From: Isurus oxyrinchus
Lineage: Eukaryota
Length of the DNA stretch: 64,000 bases
Reading direction: 5' to 3'
Assembly: GCA_026770705.1 (NCBI GenBank)
Contig: JANJGN010000089.1
Location: 1,302,001 to 1,366,000, forward strand
In this document: positions 12,301-23,339 of the stretch, one piece after another
Position numbering within the stretch: position 1 is the first letter of the stretch
Layout: each line of letters begins with the position of its first letter
The notes under the pieces: model-generated
Told to the model about the DNA's origin: nothing
The model's input: only the letters and a program-made list of their open reading frames with translations
Databases searched by the model: none
Program-made: the position numbers and the translations under genes

Positions 12301-14084
12301 AAGACCCTTGGGCTATTGAATACGTGCATAACTGTTTCCATGGCATGGCTTGATCTTGGTATATATTTATAAACGTCACCTTGGTGAATATTAAAATATA
12401 TTAAAAAAAAATTCTGTTCTAGATTTATTTATCTGAATTGGTCATGACTTAATTTTCATTAATCCATTGTGCTTGCCTGTCAGATTTGTCTTTTTCTCAT
12501 TGATCACACTGCCAATGTTTTCCACTCAGGTCCGTATTGGACATCTAGTGATTTACATATTCTATTAAATCACTCCTTGTTTTAGGACTGCATTGAGACT
12601 AATTCTTCAGTGAGTTTAATATTTTTCTGTTAAGCTCCAAGTGGAAATCAACAACTCTCTTGGGCATTAGAAATTCCCAACGAGAGCCAATGCAAGATAT
12701 GGGACATCGATAAGAACAGCTCTTTGACTTAATTTCCAGCTGCAGGTCCAGGATTTCATTGATAGCGTCGACAATTCCCACAGTACTTCACTTCGACAAG
12801 CAGATGTTTGCGATCTGCCCCTTTTCATCTGGACAGAGTTGCAGCAGATTCAACCATCAATTCCTTTATAGATTCTACTGTTTGTTGTCTTTGGCAAGAT
12901 TATGTCCATGAGATAGATCGTTCTCGCAATTCCATCCTGCTCTGCTAATAGTTTAGTGAAAAAATAATAATCTGCCTTAATTTTACGATTTTGCATAGAA
13001 CAAACGTATCATCCGATTTCTTAGTTAACCCTTCGGTAGACATTTAAAAAAATATTTTAATGCATACTTATACACGTAATTCCCTTTCATTTTGCAACCT
13101 TTGAAGACTACCACACCTACTTTACAATTGACACAGGCAGCTGTTTTACGGATATTCAGGTAATGCATGGTGGAGTCCACTCTTGTTGATCAATTCGGCA
13201 CTCAATTCCTGTTTTTCCTTTCATTAAGGCACTCATTGCTACCTTTGACTTAGATTTGGAACACTTTTGTTTTCGAACATGGCAACAAAGTGTGAGCGTC
13301 ACGTAGAAATTAACGAACCCCACTGAGGTACAAATCGCTCACAAACAGTGCACTCCAGAGATAAATCTTTTTTATTCCCACGTGCGCTAATGATCCCTAG
13401 ATAGCATTTGTGTTTATTTTATTTAAATTTGCTAGACCCAGCTGCGGCCGGGGAGAATCAATTTATGGTCCAAATAGTTTCCCCAGGCATTATTCTGCAC
13501 CCCCCCCCCCCCCCACCCAATACATACAACTTTATTCTGTGCTTAGTTCTGTGATGCACATGCAATTGTAAACTTCAACGAGCATTGTAGAGGGCTATTA
13601 ATCGGTGTCCAATCCGGTACCCTTACAGTTGTGCAATTGTTTAATGGGGCAGCGCATTTAGAACTTTATTCTACATCTAACGTCGTGTTGTACCTGACCA
13701 CGTGAAGTTTTGACGAGGCAGTGTAGATTGAACTTTACTCCGTCACAAATCAGCACTGAAAGTATGCTAGGAGAGTTTGCTCAAAAAAGGTGGAGGATTT
13801 TTTAACATGATCTACCTTGTTCACCATAGTGTAAATATTCTACAGTATGTCTTGATTTACTCATTGAAAACGTCAATATTAACCTGTGGTCTTTTCTGTT
13901 GTATTGATTTTCCTGCGATCAGTGTGAATGTCTTATAATACATAATCAGTCACTGGCAGCATTTTGTTGCCCACACATGGTCTGAGTAAGTGTGAAAATG
14001 TTACCCAATATAATTTGCCGTACGTGGGAGAACGGGTTGAACACGATACGATTTACATTGCTGGAATGTTGTTACTTCCTAGAA

Positions 14085-14955
14085 TCATTTGATTAAATTT
14101 ACAACTGATCTACTATGGCAATGTAAAATATTTTTCAAGTGTTTCCTGAACTTAGCCTGAGTCATTGCAGAAAAATAAATGTTCGTGCAGCATCCAAAGA
14201 GCTGGAGCACGTATCCCAGTTCTCGGATATGCATGTGGAAACGCAGAATGATACCCCTAACACCACATTCGGTGCCATAGAGAGTACAGAGAAATATTGC
14301 CCAGAGCAGAATGAAAATCCCCGAGATAGCAAACAGCAAAATGTTGGGTTTTCTCCAACTTCCCAGTTCCAGGTCTCTGGATTTTCCGGCACTGCTGGGT
14401 TGACAGCGTCTCCTTCGAAATCTGTTCGATACTGTTATTTGTCGGGCATTCACTGCGTGCAACAACAGTATCAGAACAAATGAGTATCAGGGTGTGAAAA
14501 TAAATAGAAGGAGCCGAATGATTACCCAAACCAATGCTTGATGGACAATGTCATGTGCTTCACAAAACCAGGATCTGTTCGTATGCCAATCTTGACCTCT
14601 TAACATAAGATACCAGGTGCTGTCATTTAAGAAGCAAATGCCAAATCAACCATTTTCTTCGTGCAGGAATTAGTTTTCAACTTCTGACAACAACACGTCC
14701 CAAATCGATCAAATGTGAAAGTCATGTTGAACCAAACTGAACGGTCTGTTGCAGAAAGCAAAGCAGCATGAATATTACACACAGGGATAGACCGTATCAA
14801 TAGAAGCTGTCGCCGGTAAGCAATTGGGAACTTACGCAAAATCAGATCAATGATAATGATCTGTAGATCCGTCACTGTCATGGCCACCATGTAACGGCTT
14901 AAACATTTGGAGACACACTTTCCACGAGATCAGATTACAGTCGGGACTAACATAA
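14085..14955 (-). pseudogene. GPR139-like class A GPCR pseudogene (main coding exon)
   Basis: Peptides SRGKCVSKCLSRYMVAMTVTDL, SVWFNMTFTFDRFGTCCCQKLKT, SWFC, NILLFAISGIFILLW and GCCTNIYFSAMTQAKFR are colinear with the intact gene at 35522-36462. It has in-frame stops and indels, and its splice acceptor reads CTG instead of CAG after the polypyrimidine tract at 14956-14980. Confidence 0.9.
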
Positions 14956-16399
14956 CAGTAGAAAGAAAGAAAAAAGAAATATCATACACCACGCTGGGAC
15001 CAAAATCAAATTGAATATGTAAAGAGATTTACAAATGTGCTACAGCATGCAATGATGTAGTGAAAATGATGGCACCTTTGGCAGGGTCATCCGTTGGAGA
15101 CATGGACTACCATAGAAAGAAATCAATCACTATTTGCAAGTAATATTTGGCATAAGTTAAAATGAGGTTCAGTAATTTACAGAGGTATAGATGAATGCAA
15201 TTGTAGAATTGATGGTTAAGATCCGAGCTCGGATTATTGAGCCTGAATCTTTTGATTGTGAAGCAGATTCAGAAGTCACCAAAGCAGCCATTGCCTATTT
15301 TTTTTCCCCCATTGACCTGTGTACATTTAATCGAGCCAAGGACTTATAACAGCACAAAAGGAGCAACTGTACCTGATAGTATCCAATTGGTTCTCAATGA
15401 AAGATTCCAATCTGTGTAATTTTTCCTTTCTGTCCCGTTACAGGACATGCTTATCTAGCTCAAGTGTATACCCGAATTTATTTATAAACCATTGTTCACA
15501 CTTTGCTCATAGGCATCGAGTTCTAGTTTATTATGTTAGGAAGTTACAATAATACTCATACTTTTTTCTAAATTTATTGTGATTTCGAGTCATAGTCGGA
15601 TATATTTATATGTGTGTGCTTGTGTGTGTGAGTGAGTTAATTGAATTAATCTCGGTGATTTGATCTAAGAGGAGAGATTAGGCTTGCAATGTTAATTACA
15701 TAAACATGTTGAAGTTCAGAAAAATAGGTTTCAAGGGACCATTTGCATGGCGAAACAAACCAGGCTCGATTGCTTTCAAAGCAGGAGTGAGATGTGTCAC
15801 CTATCCAGGTGGAGTTTGGAAAGGGTGTGTTTATTTTTCCCAAAGATTACTGTTAGCACTTTGTACTCTGAGATGGTTCTATTATGAGGGAATGTAATGT
15901 ACAAAAACATAGCACAACAATGGGTCTTTGTATACTAAGAAGATAGGTATCAAGAACGAGCAAGTCTGTGTGCAGGAGAAGACATTTTACAAATGTGTCA
16001 AAAAGTCTTCAGCATCTATGCCTCAAATCGCTGTCTTCAAAAGATGAAGGTAAGATAACTCACTTGAAATTCGAATTGTTCAAGGTCTCAAGTTTCAACG
16101 CCTAGGTGTTTAATAATGTTTGGGCCTTACTGTTGCCTTAACGAAAATTGTACTGAGAGTTAGATTGTTTTGGTGGTTTTGAAGTTATCATAGCTATAAT
16201 TGGTAGACATATGCATGTATTTAAAATCACTTCTCTTATTAATTAATATCTTACCTACTTTGGAAACACCTCTAAGACCTGGTGATTGTGTCACTACTGA
16301 GTTCAAGGCACACATCTAGAAATTTATGGAATTTGAAAATTAGTTGTAATAGCTGTTTCCTTGAAGTGAACAGTGCACCATTTCCCATCGGCTGTCATA

Positions 16400-16700
16400 A
16401 CAATTAGCACCAGCTGAATTAAAAACAAAAATCTCTTCCTAAAATGCGCAATTTATCTCCTGCAGAAAAAACCCGTCAAATTTGTACTTTCTTATCCTTC
16501 AGTACCATCAACTCAATGTAATTCTTGTTTTTATGTAAGCTTTCACACCTGTCATTTTCTTGCAAACCTTTATCAAATTTCCCTTCAATTTCTTTGAGAA
16601 CAACCGGAGTTTCTCCAAAGTAACCAAATAGCTTTAAGACACCATTGATGGAAGAGTCCAGTAAATCTTCGTTGCATTGCCTCAAAGACCCTGACACTCT
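16400..16700 (-). mobile_element. CR1 3' fragment
   Basis: Antisense of the CR1 ORF2 C-terminus (LIEVFKIMKG-like: VLKEIEGKFDKGLQEND). Confidence 0.5.
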
Positions 16701-16751
16701 TCCTAAAGACCAGAAATGGAAACTATGCTTTAGTTGGTGGCTTTGGCAAGG

Positions 16752-17502
16752 CTTGATAAATCTACTGCTTTGTCCTTATGTTATTGCAAACAACCCCACT
16801 ATTTCTGAAGCACACGATCGAATTAATAAGGCTCACGATCCTCTTGGCATGTCCTGCAGCTTTCAAATATATTTTCAGATTGAACGAAAGTTCCCCTTGA
16901 CCATGAACACGATTCATAAATGTGCCATTATATATATTTTGTAGTTTTGTATTAATTTGTTTGATGTGAGCGTCGCTCGCATGGTCAACATTCATTTCCA
17001 TTCCTAATTACTGTTGAGCAGCTTGTGGTGAGCTGCTTTCTTGAGCTGCTGACCCCAAGAGGTGAAGGTAAACCCTTATTCCTGTTAGAGAGGTGGGTCG
17101 CAGACATTGATACTGGGCCAGTGAAGGAACAGTATTATTTTTCCAAGGCAGGATGGTGAATGTCTTAGAGGGGATCTCCAGTTGTAGTTTCCCCATGTGT
17201 CTGCTGTCCTTGCCCGTATTCTAGGTGTTAGCTGCCGTGGGTTTATAACGTGCTGTCTAATGAGATTTGTTGAGTTCCTGCACTGCTTCTTGTAGATGGT
17301 AAAACTGTTGTTGTGCGTGGCTGGTGGAAGGAGTGTTCAGGACCGTGTTCAGGGTCAGAGGGAACTGTCGTTCCATCTGAAAATGTATTTGATTGCTGCA
17401 GGACATGACAAGAGGATAGTGAGCCATATTAATGCGATCGCCTGCTTCAGAAATAGCAGGGTTGTTTGCAATAACATAAGGATAAATGTGTAGATTTATG
17501 AA
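16752..17502. repeat. about 160-bp imperfect inverted repeat (arms 16752-16915 and 17341-17502)
   Basis: ccttatgttattgcaaacaaccc at 16774 is the reverse complement of gggttgtttgcaataacataagg at 17459. ORF-track entries 16762..17001(-) and 17296..17493(+) give near-identical peptides. Confidence 0.88.
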
Positions 17503-19145
17503 ATGTTATTGGAAAGGGTGGAAAAGAAATGCAGTTGTGCCAAGCTCCTTGAAAGTTGTTGGGTCTGTGCGTACTCAGGTAAGTGGGAAGAAACCTAACA
17601 TACCCCTGACTTGTGCCTTGTCGATGTTGGGTAGGCAATGGCGAGGGAGGAGGCGATTTCCTGGCTGATGAATTCCTAGCCATTGGCTAGCTGCTTTTGC
17701 TAAAGTGGGTTTATGTCTAGTCCAGTTCAGTTTCTGGTCAATGACAAGCACGATGATACTGATGGTGGGGGTTACCGATGGTAATGCCATTAAAGGACAA
17801 TGGGGCGAGGGTTAGATTCTCTCTTGTTGGATCTTAACATTGTCTCGCACGTTTGTGGTGTGACTGTTACTTTCCACAAGTCAGCACAAGCCTAGGTTGA
17901 ATGGATGTCTTGCTGTATAGACTGTTTCAGTATTTGAGGAGTAGCAAATAAAGCTGTATCATCAATGATCATTCCCACATTTTAACTTATGATGGAAGGA
18001 AGGTTGTTCATGAATGAACTGAAGAGGGCCTGTCCTAGGAATCTACTCTGAGGTCCTCCTATAGTGATGTCCTGGAAATGAGCTGATTGCCCTCTAACGA
18101 CCACAGGCAAATTCCTTTGAGCTAGCTATGACACCAACAGTGGAGATTTTTAACTCTGAATAGTATTGAATCCAATTTTCCTCGGGCTTCTTGATGGCAC
18201 ACTCTGTCAAATGTTGCGTTGATGTCAAGGGCATTTACTCTTGCCTCACCTTTCATGTTCAACTCTTTTTTCCATCTTTCAACCAAGGCTGTAAGGAGGT
18301 AATGAGCTGAGTGACCTTGGCGGAACCCAAACTGATCTTTAGTAAACGGGTTATTGCTAAATAAGTGCCACTTGGTAGCAAAATTTGTGACTAGTTCCAT
18401 CCATATACTGATAGCGGAGGTAGATAGGGTGGAAATTGGTTGTGTTGGATTTGGCCTGTTTTTTGTGTACATGACATACCTGAGCAATTTTGCAAATTTC
18501 CGGGCAGGTGCTTTAGCTCTACTGGAAAAGCTTGGGTACAGATGCAGGTGGTGCACTGGTCTTCGATACTGTTGTCAAAATATTTTCAGTTCCCATCACA
18601 TTTTAATATAGCATGCCTTCAGACTTTCCTTGATATCACATGGAGTGAATCGATTTGTTTGAAGAATGATATCTGTGATGCTGGGGACCTCCTGAGGAGG
18701 CCGAGATGAATTAGCCTTTTTGCACATCTGCTGAAGTTGTTTGCAAGTGGTTCAGCCTTATATTTTGTACTGATCTGTTGGGTTCCCCCCATCATTCTTA
18801 TGGGGTTATTTTTGGAGGTTTGCTCTCCAGTGAGTTGCTGAATTGTCCACCACCATTCATAAATTCATGTGGTAGGACTACAAAACACAAATATCGTCCA
18901 TCATTTGGGGAATCACTTCGCTCCAAATATCACTTGCTGATTCTACTGCTTGGCACGTAAGTCTTATATTTTGTTCCTTCATCAGTTTGACACCTCGTTT
19001 TTTGTTACGCCAGCTGCAGCTCCTGGCATGCTCTCCTCCACTCTTCATTGAAACAAGATGATCCCTTGGCTTGATAGTACTGGTAGATTGGTGAATATCC
19101 TGGGCTATGGGGTGACAGATTGTGGTTGTGTATAATTCTGCTGAT
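16960..19145 (-). mobile_element. CR1-clade LINE (second family) ORF2 + 3' end, decayed
   Basis: QFGFRQGHSAHYLLTALV and ARVNALDINATFDRVCHQ RT peptides; 3' end near 16960; same family as 46830-49790. Confidence 0.85.
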
Positions 19146-19859
19146 ATTTCACTCTGCATGCTGTCTCCATAGCCAATCTCCGAAAATCCATCATCTCACC
19201 CTCCTGTGCATTCAATTACATCGAACATTTTAACTCCCTTTCTGTTAGCATACCATGCCAGACGGATTTTTGATCTAGAGGGTGTCAAAGATTCCGGTGG
19301 AAAAAACGCAAGTGGAGTTAAGGCCAAAGTTACATATAGCCATCTGGTCAGTGAATGGTTTGGAGCATCGTGGAGGGCCCGTATGGCCTGCTTCTGAGTC
19401 TTTTCCTTTTGATCTTATTAGTACCTTATGATCCCGTTGATTTTCATTGTTACTATGCTTCCTGATTGCCATACCTCCACGTATGATATCCACGTTGGCA
19501 ATTATCCTTCTTTGTCATGACCACCAATTCTATTTTTATAAAGTACCCTGTCAAATAAATGAAAACGCATGCAGCCAAAATACAGCACATTCCCCTCAGT
19601 AATCTTCTCTGTTGCCTTAACAAATTAAAGCAATTAGATTAGTTAGTCAGAGTCTGACATACCTGTCAGTAAAGTTGTACTAGCTGGGTTGGGTTTGGTA
19701 GAAATAACTTAGCAAAGTTCTTTGAACAAACATGTCATAACTTTTAAGTTTTATATGCTGCTAACATTGCTGGCATTTGAGAACCATTTAAGATTAAGTC
19801 AATCTGTTATATGCGCCCTGCCAAGACTGTAGCAATTATATTGACAGCTTTTGCTTCAG

Positions 19860-21100
19860 GTTTTGCTGAGCTCCTAGTCAAACTGTTCCAGCACCGCCAC
19901 AAAACTGGCTTCTAGCCTGCAATGATGACAATTTCCCAGACATGTCTTGCTCAGAAAAATCACGGGCAATTCAACCAGTCCAGTTGCTGCCCCATGAGTC
20001 CAAGCACCATCATCAATAAAGTAATGGAAGGGGTCACCAATAGTGTCACGAGCGGTGCTTGCTTAGAAGTAACCTGCTCACTGATACCACCAAGTTTACA
20101 CAGCATCAGAACACATTGCAGCCTTTTTCAAATATGGTAAAAGAGCTGAACATCAGGAGTGCGACGAGAGTGACTGGGCCTATCGCCCTCACTGCTTCAT
20201 CAATGGCATTCCTTCCATCCAAAAATCAGATGAGGGGATGCTCGTTGATGGCTGTGCTCAAAGTTCAGCAATATTTGCAACTCCTTAGACATTGAGGTAG
20301 TCCATTTAGTCAACTGCAGCATGACATGGATAATATCTAGAATGGGCTGACACATGGCAAGTAACATTCACGCCATACAAGTGCCAGTCAAAGCCCATCA
20401 CCAACAAGAGACAATCCAACTATCACCGCTCGAATTTCAACACACTGAGGATTGCCATTGACCAGATTCTGGATTGGGCTAGCCATTTAAATACTGTGAC
20501 TACAAGAGTAGGTCAGAGGCGAGAAATCCTGTGGCGAATAACTAATCTTGTGACTCCCCAATGCCTATCCACCATCTACAAGGCATAATTCAGAAGTGCG
20601 GTGGAATTATCCCCACCAGGCTGAATGAGTACAGCTGTGACAAGACTCAGTAAACGTGACAACATTCAGGAAAAGGCAGCCTGCTTGATTAGCACCCCTT
20701 CCAAATGGATTCAACACCTCCACCACGAGGAGCAGAGCCAGCAGTGTGTACCATTTGCAAAATACACTGCAGAAACCCACCAACGTTCCTTTGGCAGCAC
20801 TTTCCAAACAAAGGACGACTTTACCATCTAGAAGGGCAAGGATAACAGACAAATGGGAACGTCACAACCTGGAAGTTACCCTCCAAGCCAATCACTATCC
20901 TGCTTTGGGAATACATCGCTCCCGTGCTGTGTCGCTGGGTTAAAATCCTGACAGTCCCTCCATAATGGCACATTGGGCGTACCTACACAACATGGACAGC
21001 TGAAGGAGGCATCAAACCATCACATTATCAAGGGCAATTAATGATGGGCAACACATGCTTCCCCAGCCAGCGAAGTCGAGATCCCATAAATGAATTTAAT
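19860..21100 (+). mobile_element. CR1-clade LINE (second family) 3' half, decayed
   Basis: IINKVMEGV and DNIQEKAACLISTP peptides; 3' tail ...cagccagcgaagtcgagatcccataaatgaat. Confidence 0.85.
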
Positions 21101-21354
21101 AAATAGTAATTTGACAATGATCGTTTCCTGCCTTCAACTTGCTCTGTAATTATTTCTTCATCGACAAACTGTGGCTTTGCCTGAACATCCTTTCTCAATT
21201 GTGGGAATGTTCCACGGCTTTATCCAAGTCATCTTTTCAAATCTTTGTGCCACTGCAGTTTTTTTTCTTCCTGGGAATATTTGTTTCAATTCACTTGGCC
21301 CAGAATGGGAAATAAAAAAGTAGGTTAGCATCTGTTTGCGCTCGTGTGTAGGTG

Positions 21355-21561
21355 CTTGTGTGTCTGTGTGTGTGAGAGGAAGACAGAGACAGAGACAGAG
21401 AGAGAAAGAGAGATAAGTGCAAGGGATAGAGGGAGGGGGTTCATTGTGTGGTAGAGAGAGAGAGAGAGACAGAGAGAGTCAGAGTGAGAAAATTGGAAAA
21501 AAGAGAGATAAAGAAAGAGATATCGAGGGAGAAGTGAACTCGATTAAGAGAGAGAGAGAGA
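21355..21561. repeat. compound (TG)n/(GA)n microsatellite
   Basis: Directly visible gtgtgt and gagagaga/gacaga runs. Confidence 0.9.
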
Positions 21562-23159
21562 CCTTTATACAGGGATGATTTTTTTAAATTTTCATTTTAC
21601 CCATTCGTTTGACACTACAAAATATTGGGTTCTGTGGAGAGGGAAGTGGATAACGCAGATATTATTGATTGATGTCTGTGGCCCATTCAGTTCAACATCC
21701 GAATCTGTTCCTGTATAAAAAGACCATGGATAAAATTCCGGCATCACGTCAGAGAAAGTCACATTGACAGATGAATAAACATAGAGCTAAATAAAATATG
21801 TTTTTGGTGGAGCAAGAATAAGATTTATGCCGCATATGAAGATTTGGAAACAAAAATCTTGACCGTATCCTCCTCACCAAAGCTGTTGTAAGGATTCTGT
21901 GTGAGGTTGTTTTGCGCACTACCTGGTGCTGAAAAATTTATATTTGCAATTTTATCACAGGACAGTATCACGTCGATCCAGCTCTCATGCAGCTCCGCTA
22001 CATCCCAGTCTACACCTTATACTATTGTGCCTCTCTGATCTGACAGTAAATTCTTAATCAGGAGAAATTTTATGTTAAGACTCCTAGCAGCAGCCAAGGT
22101 AGTAGAAGCTAGAATATTCTTAATTTAAGCCGCTGTAGTTAAAAATATGGCAGCTGGATTTTGGATGGAGATGCTGGTCGGCACCCAGATGATTGATCTC
22201 TTCATGCAGCCCCTGCCTCTTGGGTCTCACATGATGCACTAAGCTGGGGTCTTCTGCGGGTCATATTTTACAGAAAATAAAGTTTCCAAAGCAGGCCAGT
22301 CACCTGAGTATAGGTCTAGACTAATCATTCTGTCTTCACACACAATCATCGCCTCCCAAAGATGCAGTCCAATGAAGAATCATTGCCCTTCTTGTCAGGG
22401 AAGAATGTCCTCACTTAGGTACCGAGACTAAAACAAGACAAAGTGCTACAGGAATGAGCTCAACAGTGCCATGTATATTATGATTAATGCTTAATTCTCG
22501 TAATTTCTCCTATCAAACGAAATATTTCTAGATTTCGGCACATTGTATTCGAACTGCCTGTACATTCCGGAGCACTCAGCCCATCCATCTCCTTCTGCAA
22601 CTTCTAAACGTTATCTCCATCACAAACGTTGCTCCCATTTGAATCGTCAGTAAACTTGAATACTTTCTGTAGCAAGAGTTCTGTTCAGTAGTTCCCACAA
22701 AGTTGCTCAGAAGCTTGTAATTTTGAACAAAAATTGTTGGTTGACGACACAGAAGCAATAGAGTATTTCTGTTCCTGTGCGTGTGTAAAATTTAAAGCCA
22801 AATCAAAAGTCATCACTATGCTGAAATCTACTCAGGTCTCCTGACATGTCTGTCCCATGTTTCTCTTTCAATTACACTGTGGGCAGCACTGTTCTCCAGC
22901 CTAACTTTGACCCTTGCTATGCCGAACACCCTTGTATTACATTTCGCTACATTCTTAACCCAACAAAATTACAGCACAATATTTATTTACAGCTACCCTA
23001 TCTCTTTCAAGCCTCAGCGCTCATGAATCCAGACAGTCTGAAGGCCTGAAAATTCTGCCAGACGTCGTTCTGGTCATATTTGGACGGGTGTAGGCCCATT
23101 TTTCTGTGTCAGCTTTGTTAGTTCAGATTTGAAATCATAGTATTTTTTGTTTGTGACAC

Positions 23160-23300
23160 ACTCGTTTATTCATTTGTGTGATGTGGCATGTGGCTGGCTA
23201 GGCCAGTATTTATTGTCCGTCACCAATTGCCAATGAGAATGTGCTGGTGAGGTGCCTTCTTGAATCACTGCAATGGATGCGATGTAGGTAAACCCACTTT
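23160..23300 (-). mobile_element. 3' end of CR1-clade LINE (second family)
   Basis: Same terminal sequence as 46830-46960 and 57190-57300. Confidence 0.7.
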
Positions 23301-23339
23301 ATTGTCTCCATCTAATCAGCTTTAAAATATGGTAGGAGG

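Noticed and set aside
21290-21355. Candidate first exon of the GPCR pseudogene (YFLFPILG on the minus strand)
   Set aside because: Poor match to the IYYP-L---G-P motif and no convincing phase-1 donor
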